Position numbers and translations under genes: made by a program. Under the pieces are notes generated by a model. It saw nothing but the letters and a program-made list of their open reading frames with translations. It had not been told where the DNA came from and did no database searches. From positions 82,336,001 to 82,400,000 of the forward strand of contig NC_043000.1 of assembly GCF_006345805.1 (NCBI RefSeq): a DNA stretch of 64,000 bases, written 5' to 3'. Positions 11,925 through 23,682 of this stretch are shown in pieces (the stretch's first letter is position 1; each line of letters opens with the position of its first letter). Source of the stretch: Octopus sinensis. Lineage: Eukaryota.

Positions 11925-12060
11925 TACAAAAAGGGACAACAGCACAAAACATCCAGATAGACGATACAAAGAAAACAAGGATGAGTCATTCGCAGTTTTC
12001 TTTCCTCAGTCGAGTTCCAGGTTATCTTTGCAATTTCGGCTGGTTATACTTTGGTCTCTT
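11925..12060. repeat. Partial copy of the repeat at 1140-1500
   Basis: Direct sequence similarity, including gcaatttcggctg. Confidence 0.65.
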
Positions 12061-12073
12061 CTATATATAATAT

Positions 12074-12126
<53 letters not shown>

Positions 12127-12399
12127 ATATTATATATTATATATATATATGGATATATGGATATAGATATATAAATGTGGCGCAGCAACGCTCATTATTT
12201 TTACAAATGTGTATTAATCGAGTAAAGTAATAAGATTGTGTAGCTACCATTATCTCACTCAAATTTTCTTTCATCTCACGTCAAATGAAGTGGTGGTGGC
12301 GGTGGCAGTGCAATGATTGATGATTCGACGCTGTGACTCCTCCTTTCTTGTCTCCGTTCAACGTAGCTGATTCAGGGAGAAAGAGAAACGGCCCCATAT

Positions 12400-12535
12400 C
12401 TGACAGTCATTTTATTTATAGACCCGAAGATCTGAAAGACAAAATTGACCTCGGTGGGATTTGATCTCTGAATGCGGTGAGTTAAAACGAATGCAGAAAG
12501 GCATTCCATACGACGCTCTAACGACTAGACCACCG
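12400..12535 (-). mobile_element. Degenerate SINE family A fragment
   Basis: gaaagacaaaattgacctcggtgggatttga resembles the revcomp of the family core. Confidence 0.5.
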
Positions 12536-13184
12536 AGCTGCATTAGATTAAAGCTGTTTGAGCTATTACAAGAGAAACAGGCCAGGAGTATCGGAAGTTG
12601 ATGACTAACACTTTGCTGGATAGACGAAGCAATACAACTTCGCTGACGTTCATATCTTTATTGCGAATATTATTAATATGAAAATATAGATGTTATATAA
12701 TATTTATTCTGATGGACTCACTGGATAAATAGAATCATTAGCTAATTAAAGTAATGAGATATTTTAGAGTCACAAGATAATTAATAATGAGATCATTAAA
12801 TGAATGAGATACAAATATAGATATTAGATAATATATGAAGACTCATTAGGCTGTTATATTCATTAGCACGATTAAAGATTCTGATGGAACAGTGGTCGAT
12901 GATAGAACTAACTGAATTATATAGAGACATGGAATTGGGAGTTGAGGACGTCATGCTTTTGCTGAAAGTGTTAAATATCAGAGCATATGAAATATTTTGA
13001 GACTACGGCTGTGAAACGAAACCGTATGGAAGGCATATAGAAGTATGAGAATAATTTGATTTTGTTATTTGACCCAAGCCAGATCAATTTTACTATATAT
13101 TGGACTATATTATTAATTTTTCCGCTTGAGGCGTTGAGCTGGCAGAATCGTGAGCACGCTGAGCGGTAATGTTAAGTGGGATTT

Positions 13185-13284
13185 NNNNNNNNNNNNNNNN
13201 NNNNNNNNNNNNNNNNNNNNNNNNNNNNNNNNNNNNNNNNNNNNNNNNNNNNNNNNNNNNNNNNNNNNNNNNNNNNNNNNNNNN
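13185..13284. other. Assembly gap (100 N)
   Basis: Seen directly; a SINE A head (about 13125-13184) abuts on the left and Tc1 sequence on the right, so true contiguity is unknown. Confidence 1.
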
Positions 13285-14248
13285 CCTAAAAAAGTCCTTC
13301 ATCATCAAGGAAATTTCTAAATGTACCTCTCTTCATGTCACTGCGGAGAAGTTAGGTTATCATGTGAACACGGTTAGACGAGTCCAGAAGGACCCTTCGT
13401 CAAGGAAGAATCGATCCAATTGTGGGACCTCCAAGACTGTGACAGCTAGAGATTTAAGGAATATTGGCCGCAAGTTACGTGGGAAATCTGGACAAACAAG
13501 CAAAACCATTTTCACCGCCTCCAGATTTACCAAAAACGCCCAGAAATCGCATTTTCGGGACCATGGCTTACGTGCGAGAACCCCTGAAATTGCCTCCTTT
13601 AACGTCCCATCACAGGAGTTTGAGGTTTCAAAGGGCCCAAATGTACATGACGTTACAGTTGTGTTCTGTTCACTGAGGAAACCAAAGTGACCCCTGACAG
13701 TTGGGAAAATGGTTGAATCTATTTTGGAGATGAGCGTCACCAACGTTTTCGACGTCAGTGACAGTGGAGGAGTCATGTTGTGGGATGGTATCATTAGCGA
13801 TAAACTTGATGGCCCAGTCAGAGTACTTGAAGGGATTAAAGTGACCGCAGCCACCAACTGCAATCTCCTGAAGGAGGTCTTGGATCTCTGGCTAGATGAC
13901 ATACCGCTGTCACTTTTAAGAAATCTCGTATTCATGCATGACAACACACCTTCCAACTCTGTTAGGACCACCCAAACATTACTAGGGTCTTACGGCATAC
14001 AAGGTGAAAGGTCGATCGAGTGTCCGCCAGCATCTCCGGATCTCAATCCTATCGAAAATCTTTGGGCCATCATTAAACAAGATGTTTATGCTGATGGACG
14101 CCAATTTACATCGAAAGATGTCTTATGGGTGACCATCAAAGCTGCAGCAGAGGCAGTCCAACCTGCTACTATTAAGAAATTGATAGATTTCATGACTAAT
14201 AGGGTTTTTGAAGTTACCCATCAAAATGGCGCTCATGTGACTAAATAA
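13285..14248 (+). pseudogene. Tc1-family transposase, frameshifted
   Basis: HTH region LHVTAEKLGYHVNTVRR; first catalytic motif read as VLFTEE (D to E change); GGVMLW, LVFMHDN...SPDLNPIENLW (DD34E-type) in ORF 13709-14248. Confidence 0.92.
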
Positions 14249-14644
14249 TTCATTATGTCAATAAATGTTATAATACTATTATGGTTTTCTATTATAATCC
14301 ATGTATGCTTAATATATCATTAACCTTCTTTTTCTGAAAAAAAAAATGTCTAGATGAGCTATTTTCATTCAAAAGCTATTAGCGTGGTTCACCCAAAAAC
14401 TGAAGAATCTGAAATAAAAAAGAAAGGACATTACACACAAGAATGAAAACATAACAGTGGTGTTGCCATAGTGAGCAAACCAGTTGGGAAAAGTCTTGTC
14501 AAAATCGATTCACAGAAGTCCGAGAAATCCTAAATTTCACTCCTATGCTATTATCGTGGTTCTGGATGTATGCGTGTGTATGTGTGTGTGTGTGTGTGGT
14601 GCGTGTGTGTGTGTAAAGGCTGTGTTACAACCCTCTGGTACGTA

Positions 14645-14868
14645 CTCTTTACTCCTTTACTCTTTTACTTGTTTCAGTCATTTGACTGTGGCCATGCTGG
14701 AGCACCGCCTTTTTTGTTTTTTGTAGTCGAGCAAATCGACCCCAGGACTTATTCTTTGTAAGCCCAGTACTTATTCTATCGATCATATTTGCCGAACCGC
14801 TAAGTTACGGGGATGTAATCACACCAGCATCGGTTGTCAAGCGATGTTGGGGGTACAAACACAGACAC
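14645..14868 (-). mobile_element. SINE family B, 3' half
   Basis: cttttacttgtttcagtcatttgactgtggccatgctggagcaccgcc...gccgaaccgctaagttacgggg. Confidence 0.92.
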
Positions 14869-14869
14869 A

Positions 14870-14930
<61 letters not shown>

Positions 14931-15151
14931 CATGCACATGCAGTCTCTCTCTCTCTCTCACTGTCTCTCGCTCTCTCTCACTATGCTTTTCTTTCTCTCC
15001 CTTTCTCTCTCTCTTTCTATCTCTCATTCACTATACACACATTATCCAACTCCCAAATCCTTTAACACCGAAGAGTCGTCTTGGCTTAAACAAAAGAGCC
15101 ATACCACTTGAATGCTACAATGGAAAAATCTTAAATGAATCCCCAAGAAAA

Positions 15152-15317
15152 GTATGCACACATGTGGGGCCAAGTGGTTATGGTGTGGAGCTGGTGATTA
15201 TAAAGTTAAATGTTCAATTCCTGGACTGGGCGTTGCCTTGTGTTATATTAAGAAAGGCACATCATTTCACGTTTCTCAAGCCTGCTCAGCTGAAAATGAG
15301 TACCCGCTGAAGACTAG

Positions 15318-15320
<3 letters not shown>
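15152..15320 (+). mobile_element. tRNA-derived SINE family G (related copies at about 35538 and 61702)
   Basis: A-box-like gtggggccaagtgg, B-box-like gttcaattcc, then cacatcatttcacgtt...ctcagctgaaaatgagtac. Confidence 0.6.
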
Positions 15321-15369
<49 letters not shown>

Positions 15370-15669
15370 ATCTATCTATCTCTTTCTCTCACTCTCAGAG
15401 TGTTACATCGTTGGCATTCTAATGGGCTACGGATAGGAGGACTGAGAGCGTGTCTTAGTCTGTTCGCGACTATACGGGCATCTAAAACAAACAGCGACAA
15501 AATAGTATGGGTTGCCACTTCACAAATCATACTCACTTGGTCCGATGGTTATGGATTTTGGTTTTGTTACACGCATACACAGGCACACACACACACATGA
15601 ATATAACCATACATACACGTGCAGACGCTCGCACACATAAATACGGAAAGGCTAATTGTGTGTGTGTGT

Positions 15670-15706
<37 letters not shown>

Positions 15707-15834
15707 GTAGGTGCACACGCGCATAAGTGAATGTGTAAAATACTTAACATATGGTTGTAGAGTATATTGGTTTTGCAAATGATGGTTCACAAAACATGGT
15801 CCATAACATCTCAAATGAGCACCGGGTGCAAACT

Positions 15835-15844
15835 AATAATAATA

Positions 15845-15911
<67 letters not shown>
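15835..15911. repeat. (AAT)n microsatellite
   Basis: Seen directly. Confidence 0.97.
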
Positions 15912-15913
<2 letters not shown>

Positions 15914-16350
15914 CTCAATACCACAGATTTGCTTGTCAGTTGTTTGACCTTAACCAGTTGACCATGTCCCTTAATGGCTGACGATATGTGCAGCTCTAAT
16001 CATGAGCAGAAGTAGTGGGGGAGCATCATAGTCGTGTGTTGAGAGGAATTCTTGGAGGTTTGGATAATTCACCTTTGGAAACATGGGTGGTTCGTTCAAC
16101 ATCCTTACACAATCGTTATTCTGGGACCTTTTGAGTGGGATGGGCTACTCGACCAGAAGAAAATTCTAACTGGGTCCCACCTGCAAGGTCATGTACTGTT
16201 TGTCTTGATATGAGATCACCATGTCGCGCACATATGGTTGTGATGCATGTGCCTGGTGTACCCTTATCAGACGGGTAGTCATGATGGGCATACTGAGCTT
16301 CGTATATTTTACCCCAGTTTTACTTTGATGCATGCACTACTCTCTCACTC
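15912..16350 (+). mobile_element. Retroposon family C, 5'-truncated copy embedded in (AAT)n
   Basis: High identity to 17090-17529 and to the revcomp of 48595-49150; ends ...gcatgcactactctctcactc(AAT)n. Confidence 0.85.
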
Positions 16351-16372
16351 AATAATAATAATAATAATAATA

Positions 16373-16404
<32 letters not shown>

Positions 16405-16425
16405 TAATAATAATAATAATAACAA

Positions 16426-16506
16426 TCCTTTCTGCTGAAGTCACAAGGCCTGAAATTTTGAGGAGCGGGTAAGTTGATCGCATCGACCCCATTAATTGAC
16501 TGGTAT
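16426..16506 (-). mobile_element. SINE family A tail fragment
   Basis: cacaaggcctgaaattttgagg...gatcgcatcgacccc...tggta. Confidence 0.7.
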
Positions 16507-16507
16507 C

Positions 16508-16913
16508 GCGTATGCCGACACCGCCCTTCCTTGTCCTAATTCGAAAGGTATGACCCTTAGCTTTTCCAACTTCCACAGCAGTGACTCGAGTGCCAATACG
16601 TACAGAAGAGGCGACATCGAGCAGCCCTGACGGACCGAGCGTGCGATGCCAAACGGCTCCGATAGCTGACCATTTACTTATACCAATGAACAGGTGCCAC
16701 TGAGCATTACAGCGATCCATCCCCTGAAAACGGGTCCGAAACCGCCTGCTTTCAGGATGGCTTCCAATGTTCAACCCTATCGAATGCCTTCGATTGATCC
16801 AAATTGCCCCCCCCCCCGAAGTCAACTTTGGTCCCAGTTCTCTTTATGATGTATCAGATAGACCAGCTCGGGGTTGCGCACGTTTGCGCTTCTCCGACCA
16901 GACAACCGATGGC
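16508..16913 (-). pseudogene. Tx1/L1-clade LINE reverse-transcriptase fragment
   Basis: Minus strand reads LVGEAQTCA..., NLDQSKAFDRVEH, GFGPVFRGWI, VNGQLSEPF..RSVRQGCSMSPLLYVLALESLL, ...VSAYA (cut just before the DD of YADD). Confidence 0.9.
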
Positions 16914-16953
16914 AAGAAGAAGAAGGAGGAGGAGGAGGAGGAGGAGGAGAAAA

Positions 16954-17029
<76 letters not shown>

Positions 17030-17082
17030 AAGAAGAAGAAGAGAAGAAGAAGAAGAAGAGAATGATAATAATAATAATAATG
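16914..17082. repeat. Compound (AAG)n(GAG)n(AAT)n(AAG)n microsatellite
   Basis: Seen directly. Confidence 0.97.
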
Positions 17083-17089
17083 GTATAAA

Positions 17090-17529
17090 AAAACGAGCTA
17101 CAATATTCAGATTTGCTTGTCAGTTGTTTGACTTTAACCAGTTAAGCATGACCCTTAGTGGCTAACGATATGTGCATCTCTGATCACAAGCAGAAGTAGT
17201 TGGGGAGCATCATAGTCATATGTTGAGAGGAATTATTTGGAGATTGAATAACTCACCTCCGGAAACATAGGTTTTTCGTTCAGCATCCTTAAACAACCCT
17301 TATTCAGTGACCTTTTGAGCGGAGTGGGCTACTTGACCTGAAGAAAATTCTAAATGGTGCAAGGTCATGCGCTGTTTATCTTGATATGAGATCACCATGT
17401 CGCGCATATATGGTCGTGATGCATGTGCTTGGTGTACTCTTATCAGACGGGTAGTCATGATGGGTATACTGGGCTTCGTATATTTTACCCTAATGCCACT
17501 TTGATGGCATGCACTGCTCTCTCACTCAA
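17090..17529 (+). mobile_element. Retroposon family C, second copy
   Basis: Homologous to 15912-16350 with the same 3' end ctctctcactc followed by aatgatgatg. Confidence 0.85.
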
Positions 17530-17854
17530 TGATGATGATGAGGAGGAGGAGGAGGAGAGGGAGGGGAGGGGATGAGCAGGGGGAGAGGAGGGGGGAGGAG
17601 GGAGAGGAGGGGAGGCGGGGGCGGGGGGTTTCAAATTTTGCGCACAGCAATTTTGGGGGAGTGTAATTCGATTACATCAACCCCAGTGTTTAAAATAATA
17701 ACAACAATAACAGAAACAACAAACTAGGAAGCAAATTACAAAATATTTTTGGTGAATCAGATTTTAGACCCGATCTTAAGTATGAATAAAAGTATGGCCT
17801 TCTTTGTTTCTACCAGCTCTAGCTTTTGAGAGACTGCCCCTACGATGTGCCGCT

Positions 17855-19176
17855 GTTGCAATAGTGAAATAGACTTACTGCTTTCTCGGCGGTAAATGAT
17901 TTCTTTTGTTGCAATGATGCTCAAACTTTGTTTGATGAAAGAGGTTATATCAAAATATGTACCAAGTGAATGGCTGTTATATAGAGACAGTTCCAAGCGG
18001 AACTTAAAATGTGAGGTTCTACACAATAGAAACAAATGTGGACCAATGTCAATTGATTATTCAAGATGACTAAACAGAAGGAAACAATCACCCAGGTCTT
18101 AGAGAAAATGTCAAACCACGATCACCAATGCCTAATCTGTGTGGATCTTAAAGATGGTGAATATTCAGAAGAAAGGATCCACCAAGTATCCGTCTTTTTA
18201 TCTGTTTCTAGGATAGTAGATCTAATAACGACACTGGGAGAGAGAGCTTCTGAAGTAAAAAAAACAACAACATAGTCTTTGGAGAAAAGAATGTAATAGC
18301 AGAACCCTTGGTAGAGTGGAATAAGATGATTTTACCACCATTTCACACCAAACCACGTTTAATGAAACAGTTTGTGAAACTTTAAACGAAGCAGGGGATT
18401 GCTTTAATTACATATGCAGAAAATTTCCAGCACTGAGTTTGAAGCGGAAGGCAAATATTTTCGACGGGCCACAAATCAGGGAACTCATGAAAGACCCATA
18501 TTTCCAAGATTTAATGAACAATACTGAGGCAGATGCATAGTCTTCGCTCGCCTTGACTATAACAAACTTTCTCGAGAGCCATAAAGCAGATAACAACTCT
18601 GAACTAGTGGAGAATATGCTCCCTTCTTTCCATCAACTTGGCTGTAATATGAGTATCGAAAGTGTATTACCTCCAAAGCTACTGGGGTTGTTTCCCATGA
18701 CAACTGATTGATAGGCAGAACGATTCTACCAAGAATTAAGAACTATGGAAGGAAGATACCGGGGCCACTGGTATACCCATATGATGGTTGATTACGGCTG
18801 GATCATTGAATAGGATTGTTCTGTGGTTGCTCATCACAGGAAGCCTCTGAAAAGTTGCTTTGATGGGACGTTTGAGTAATTGAACATTGTATCAATAATA
18901 ATTTCCTATGATTGTTTCACGATTATCTGATTCTTTGTATGTAATTTCATCATAAATAAACATATTCTTTTGTTATCCAAAAGACTACAATCATGATTTG
19001 TAGTCATCAATCGTTGTGCCTAATTAGCTGTATGCATAACAATGGGAGATATAACATATTTTAATAAACAGAACTCACTGACAAAAACGGATAGAATATT
19101 TTAGAATCAGCGATCAAAATTTACCTCGACAAAAAAAAAAATCAAGTCTAATGTCTCGGACACCGAATTATGTGTT
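17855..19176 (+). mobile_element. Chapaev3-like (CMC superfamily) DNA transposon remnant
   Basis: Broken frames read YVPSEWLLYRDSSKRNLKC.VLHN, LICVDLK, ILPPFHTKPRLMKQFVK, CRKFPALS, IFDGPQIRELMKD, LGCNMSI, ERFYQELRTMEGRYRGHW..HMMVDY. Confidence 0.85.
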
Positions 19177-19194
19177 TCTCAGGGTAATTATTTA

Positions 19195-19378
19195 AAATTT
19201 CGGTACAAGGCCAGCAGTTTTAGGGGGATGGAGAGGTAAGTCGATTGGATCGATCTCAGCAATTGACTGGTATTTTACTATTTCAACCCCATAAGAGTAA
19301 GAGGCAAAGTTAGCCTCGGCTGCATTTGAAACCAGAACGTAAGGCGTCGGAAGAAATTCCACTAAACTGCTTGTCCAG
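19195..19378 (-). mobile_element. Diverged SINE family A copy
   Basis: aaatttcggtacaaggccagcag...aggcaaagttagcctcggctgcatttgaaaccagaacgt. Confidence 0.7.
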
Positions 19379-19380
19379 TA

Positions 19381-19416
<36 letters not shown>

Positions 19417-19760
19417 GCTGCTGCTGCTACTACTACTACTGCTGCTGCTAACTACAGTTGCTACTACCACTACTGCTGCTGCTACCACCACCACCACCAC
19501 CACCACCACTACTATTAAGCACTACCATAACCACACGGCTAAATACTTATGACAACAACCACAGCACTGAACATCACAAAATCCCCATACACCCACCCCA
19601 CCAACAACATTGCACCAAATACTAATTTTCTAACTAACCACTATCACCACCACTACTACTTCAACAACAACAACAACTACTACTGCTACTACTACTATGA
19701 TAACCTATTATCACCAATATCCAACCAGTCACCATCACCACCACCTCTTATCCACCCTCA
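19379..19760. repeat. Mosaic (ACT)n/(GCT)n/(CAC)n/(AAC)n low-complexity tract
   Basis: Seen directly. Confidence 0.9.
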
Positions 19761-19944
19761 CATTCCATTAAGATCCAAGGAAACCATCTGCTCATATCTT
19801 TGATTAGAAATAAACAATTTTTCCAGGAAACAATTATACACTAATATTTCATATACACACACAAATATACACACATGCATGTGCACACATTTCCATCAGC
19901 ATGGAGAAGATTGCAATGCTTCTTTCTATGTATGAATATGGATG

Positions 19945-19948
19945 GATG

Positions 19949-19983
<35 letters not shown>

Positions 19984-20138
19984 GTAAATGTATACGTGTT
20001 TGTATGCATTATGTATGTAGACATATATATATACACGTGCATACATACATGCATGCATACATGCATACATGCATACATACATACATACATACATACATAC
20101 ATACATACATACATACATACATACATACATACATACAC
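19945..20138. repeat. (TA)n and (CATA)n microsatellites
   Basis: Seen directly. Confidence 0.96.
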
Positions 20139-20418
20139 AAAGCAGCCAATGCACAAGCGCTCAAACATGTTGTAAATAATTATCTGGAAAAATACTCAAT
20201 GCAAACGTAGAGTGAAATAGTTCACTTGGGCCGGTCTTGAGGTCTGTTACTTTGGAGTTTCCATGACGTGCAGTTGCTTCTTCAGACAAGCCCAAACTGA
20301 AGAAGCTGGATACTAGAAACCCTGGCCACTGGAACAGCTAAAATAAATTACGTATATATGGTTTAGATAGATAAAGAGGGGATGAGAGAGAGAGAGTGTG
20401 TGTGTGTGTGTGTGTGTG

Positions 20419-20484
<66 letters not shown>

Positions 20485-21051
20485 AGTGCGATTCACGTCA
20501 ACGTCGTTTTTTTCTTTCTTTTTATAAATTAATAAGAAAAATAAGACTTCAGCTTCAGCTTATACGCCGGTCTTATCGAACATATTTAAATGCATGGAAT
20601 AGAAAAACAATATTGAAGTGGAAAATCAAATAAAATACTTTCGAAAATATGTGCAAATTATTTATTAAAACTGATAAAAAGGAACTAAATTTTTTTTAAA
20701 TGTACATAGTTTACACTTATCTGTATGCCTTTCGGGACCGACAGTTCCAGTTTCCTCCGTGAAGCAGCGTTGGAATTCGTGCCAGGAAATTCAAACATGT
20801 ATTGTGTTTACTATGCATTTATTAGAAAGCTCTTACAGTTAAATGTTTTCATGGTGGTCCTAAGCGCCATGTTATTTCTATGGAGTATAAGACAGCAGGA
20901 TCAAACGCTCTGAAAAAAAAGCGTGAAAAGATGGCAGCGATAGCACGTGTTTTTGTCTTAAATCAGTCAATGGTATTTATATTATTCATGACAAGAAAAG
21001 CATTTTAACTCACAACCAAAACACTGCTCCAGGTTTAGAAGATCACCCAGT

Positions 21052-21418
21052 GGAGGCGCAATGGCCCAGTGGTTAGGGCAGCGGACTCGCGGTCATAGGA
21101 TCGCGGTTTCGATTCCCAGACCGGGCGTTGTGAGTGCTTATTGAGCGAAAACACCTAAAGCTCCACGAGGCTCCGGCAGGGGATGGTGGTGATCCTTGCT
21201 GTACTCTTTCACCACAACTTTCTCTCACTCTTACTTCCTGTTTCTGTTGTACCTGTATTTCACTCTCAGTGTCACGCTGAATATCCCCGAGAACTACGTT
21301 AAGGGTACACGTGTCTGTGGAATGCTCAGCCACTTACACGTTAATTTCACGAGCAGGCTGTTCCGTTGATTCGGATCAACCGGAACCCTCGTCGTCGTAA
21401 CCGACGGAGTGCTTCCAT
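21052..21418 (+). mobile_element. tRNA-derived SINE family F, near full length
   Basis: ggcgcaatggcccagtggttagggcagcggactcgcgg...gtttcgattcccagaccgggcg: cloverleaf-like head with A and B boxes followed by non-tRNA body; second head at 23282-23375. Confidence 0.85.
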
Positions 21419-21439
21419 CCAGAAGATCACATAAGAAGA

Positions 21440-22110
21440 GGTAAAATCATAGAAGAAATGAAACAGCTTTTTTTCCTTTGGCTTGAATGGCAGACTCATC
21501 TGTGTATCCCCGTAAGCCAAATAAATGATAATCCAAGAGAAAACGTTTTCATTGAACAATGATCTTGAAAAGTACTCTGATGACCTAACAGAGGATTTCA
21601 AGGTCAGTTAAAGAAGATTTATGCAATTCAAATAGTTGCTCAACCTTCATAAAGTTAAGGTCCAAGGCGAAAGTGCGCGCAATAGCAGCGACCGAGTTGC
21701 CTGCAATGTCGGCGAAGATTATGGAATACAACGGCTTTATTCTCCAGCAAATTTTCAATGTAAATGAGACCAGGCTTTTCTGTAAAAGGATACCTGACCG
21801 GTTCTACACGTTTAAGATTCAGCTTAAGGCCCCTTAATTTATCATGCAGCAAATTCAAGAGCACTTCAGAACATCTTAAATGATTGCTCTCAATTATGTG
21901 GATGTCAAACACCAATGCTTGGATTATTACAGTAATTTTTTAAGATTGATTTTTCAACCATTTTGTTCCAGCAGTCGGGAAAGAGAAGCCTATTCCATTC
22001 AAGATCTTTTTTATTGTAGGCAATGCCCCTAGCCACACGCAAAGTGTCTTTAGCTTTCATTTTGATAGCACCGTCGTACGCCTAACTACACTTAACTACA
22101 TCTGGTTGAA
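21440..22110 (+). pseudogene. Tigger/pogo-family transposase remnant
   Basis: Reads IEEMKQLFFLWLE, LNLHKVKVQGESA, QQIFNVNETRLFCKRIPDR, MWMSNTNAWI, FFNHFVPAV, NAPSH (HTH_Tnp_Tc5 and DDE_1-like motifs). Confidence 0.85.
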
Positions 22111-22272
22111 AATTCATCAAAGTTTTATATACATATATATTGTTTTGTGCCATTAAAGCATGTTTTGTTGTATTTCAGAATGGTCATTTTTTTTTTTTTG
22201 CCAAACAAACACACGTATTATATATTCCTTCTTCACTAGTTAATAACTGTTTTTGTTTAAACTCAAGTACAT

Positions 22273-22317
22273 TGACCGGAAATCTTTCGTCACACATCTG
22301 TGACCTCTTCAGCGACA
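22273..22317 (-). ncRNA. Candidate minimal type I hammerhead ribozyme
   Basis: ugucg CUGAAGA g GUCACA gaug UGUGAC GAAA GAUUUC|CGGUCA: full core, 6-bp stem II, self-complementary AGAUUU stem III, UUC site, short stem I. Confidence 0.7.
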
Positions 22318-22385
22318 GTTTCCGTCCTCGTGTGTGCTCCTGCTACGCTTAGAGGTCACAGATGTGTGAAAGCGGAGGAGGACAC

Positions 22386-22430
22386 TGTCGCTGAAGAGGT
22401 CACAGATGTGTGAAGAAAGATTTCCGGACA
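22386..22430 (+). ncRNA. Candidate minimal type I hammerhead ribozyme (stem II closing pair mutated)
   Basis: ugucg CUGAAGA g GUCACA gaug UGUGAA GAAA GAUUUC|CG(G)ACA. Confidence 0.6.
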
Positions 22431-22535
22431 ATGGACATGAGTTAAAATAAGAACAGTAATAAACGAGTGAAGAACGAATATATTGTGCGTGTGTTATTTG
22501 GCAAAAAAATAATAAAATAATAAAATACAATATCA

Positions 22536-22768
22536 AGGCGGCGAGCTGGCAGAAACGTTAGCACGCCGAGCGAAATGCGTAGCCGTATTTCGTCTGCCGT
22601 TACGTTCTGAGTTCAAATTCCGCCGAGGTCAACTTTGCCTTTCATCCTTTCGGGGTCGATAAATTAAGTACCAGTTACGCACTGGGGTTGATGTAATCGA
22701 CTTAATCCGTTTGTCTGTCCTTGTTTGTCTCCTCTATGTTTAGCCCTTTGTGGGTAGTAAAGAAATAG
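22536..22768 (+). mobile_element. SINE family A, young full copy
   Basis: aggcggcgagctggcagaaacgttagcacgccg...gtcaactttgcctttcatcctttcggggtcgataaattaagtaccagt...gggtagtaaagaaatag; flanked by aaatacaatatc / aaatacaacaatatc. Core resembles Deu/Nin-type SINE domains (from memory). Confidence 0.93.
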
Positions 22769-23281
22769 AAATACAACAATATCTGTCTGAACACACGGTT
22801 TCACATCAGGATTCTTGCAACACAAATTCATGAAAGTAAAACATGTTTCACTTTTTAAAATAGGGGGAAAATAGTTTTATTCTATGTATCTATATGTATG
22901 AAAATAAAGATATAAAAAACGTTATCATAGAATAAATGTTTACGTATTATAGTTTAACTGAAAATAAATTGTACGTATTCACAAGGTAAGTTTAATAAAT
23001 GTAACACAAGTGAAAAAGAGAGAAGTAAAAAGAGGATCACATGATACTTCGAGTCTTTTGTATAGAAAAAGCTATTAGGGTATACATTCTTGTGTGTGCT
23101 GCGGTTAAGTGGTTTTGTAATAAAATAAAAAATGTCGTATTTAACTGACCAGGAACCTGTTTATGCTGATATTCAGCTTTTCAAAGTTTTGTGGACTTTT
23201 TCCATATGCAAAAAGAACGATTGGACTTGTGTTCTATTAAAGCAATAATCTTGTTATGTTGTTTGTTCCTTCTCGAGTTTA

Positions 23282-23375
23282 GGTGTTTCACTCACAAGCA
23301 CACACATCGCCCCGTCTAAGATTCGAACCCGCGATCCCGAGTCCGCTGCTCTAACCACTAGGCCATGTGCCTCCA
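23282..23375 (-). mobile_element. SINE family F, tRNA-like head fragment
   Basis: Revcomp tggaggcacatggcctagtggttagagcagcggactcgggatcgcgggttcgaatc. Confidence 0.8.
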
Positions 23376-23682
23376 ACCAATAATCTTGGGACATAGAAAT
23401 GTTACAATATCGAAGTACCAACTCTTACTAACTTCATTTACAATCTGTAAATTACACAAACCAAACTGCAATCCCGTATGTGAATGTAGAAATAGCAGCC
23501 AAATCCTCCTCAAATTACTTCCACGAACTTAAAAAGTAAAATGAACAAGAAATGTATGTGTCCCAAATTCATAATACTTCAAAAACAAGATGGGACGATT
23601 AGATTGGGTCATAGATCTCTCTGCTCAGTCAGGGGTGAGTTGGTAGTTGCATCACCTCTGCTGCAACAAAAGTTATATACAC

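Larger units (their letters stand above)
22190..22510. repeat. About 135-bp-arm inverted repeat with a hammerhead motif in each arm
   Basis: Arms at about 22191-22329 and 22375-22509; a third partial unit agaggtcacagatgtgtgaa lies in the spacer. Confidence 0.9.

Noticed and set aside
20275-20307. 10-bp inverted repeat gcttcttcag/ctgaagaagc and a thymosin-like peptide SSDKPKLKK
   Set aside because: Short IR expected by chance; the peptide frame is closed upstream and lacks the rest of the motif
20837-20909. Minus-strand 73-nt exon-like segment (ttttcag...gtaaga) with ATG reading MALRTTMKTFN
   Set aside because: Good splice motifs but stops in all full frames; only works as an unsupported start exon
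21052-21130. tRNA gene
   Set aside because: Acceptor and T stems do not close properly and the sequence continues into a SINE body; a second head at 23282-23375 shows it is a repeat
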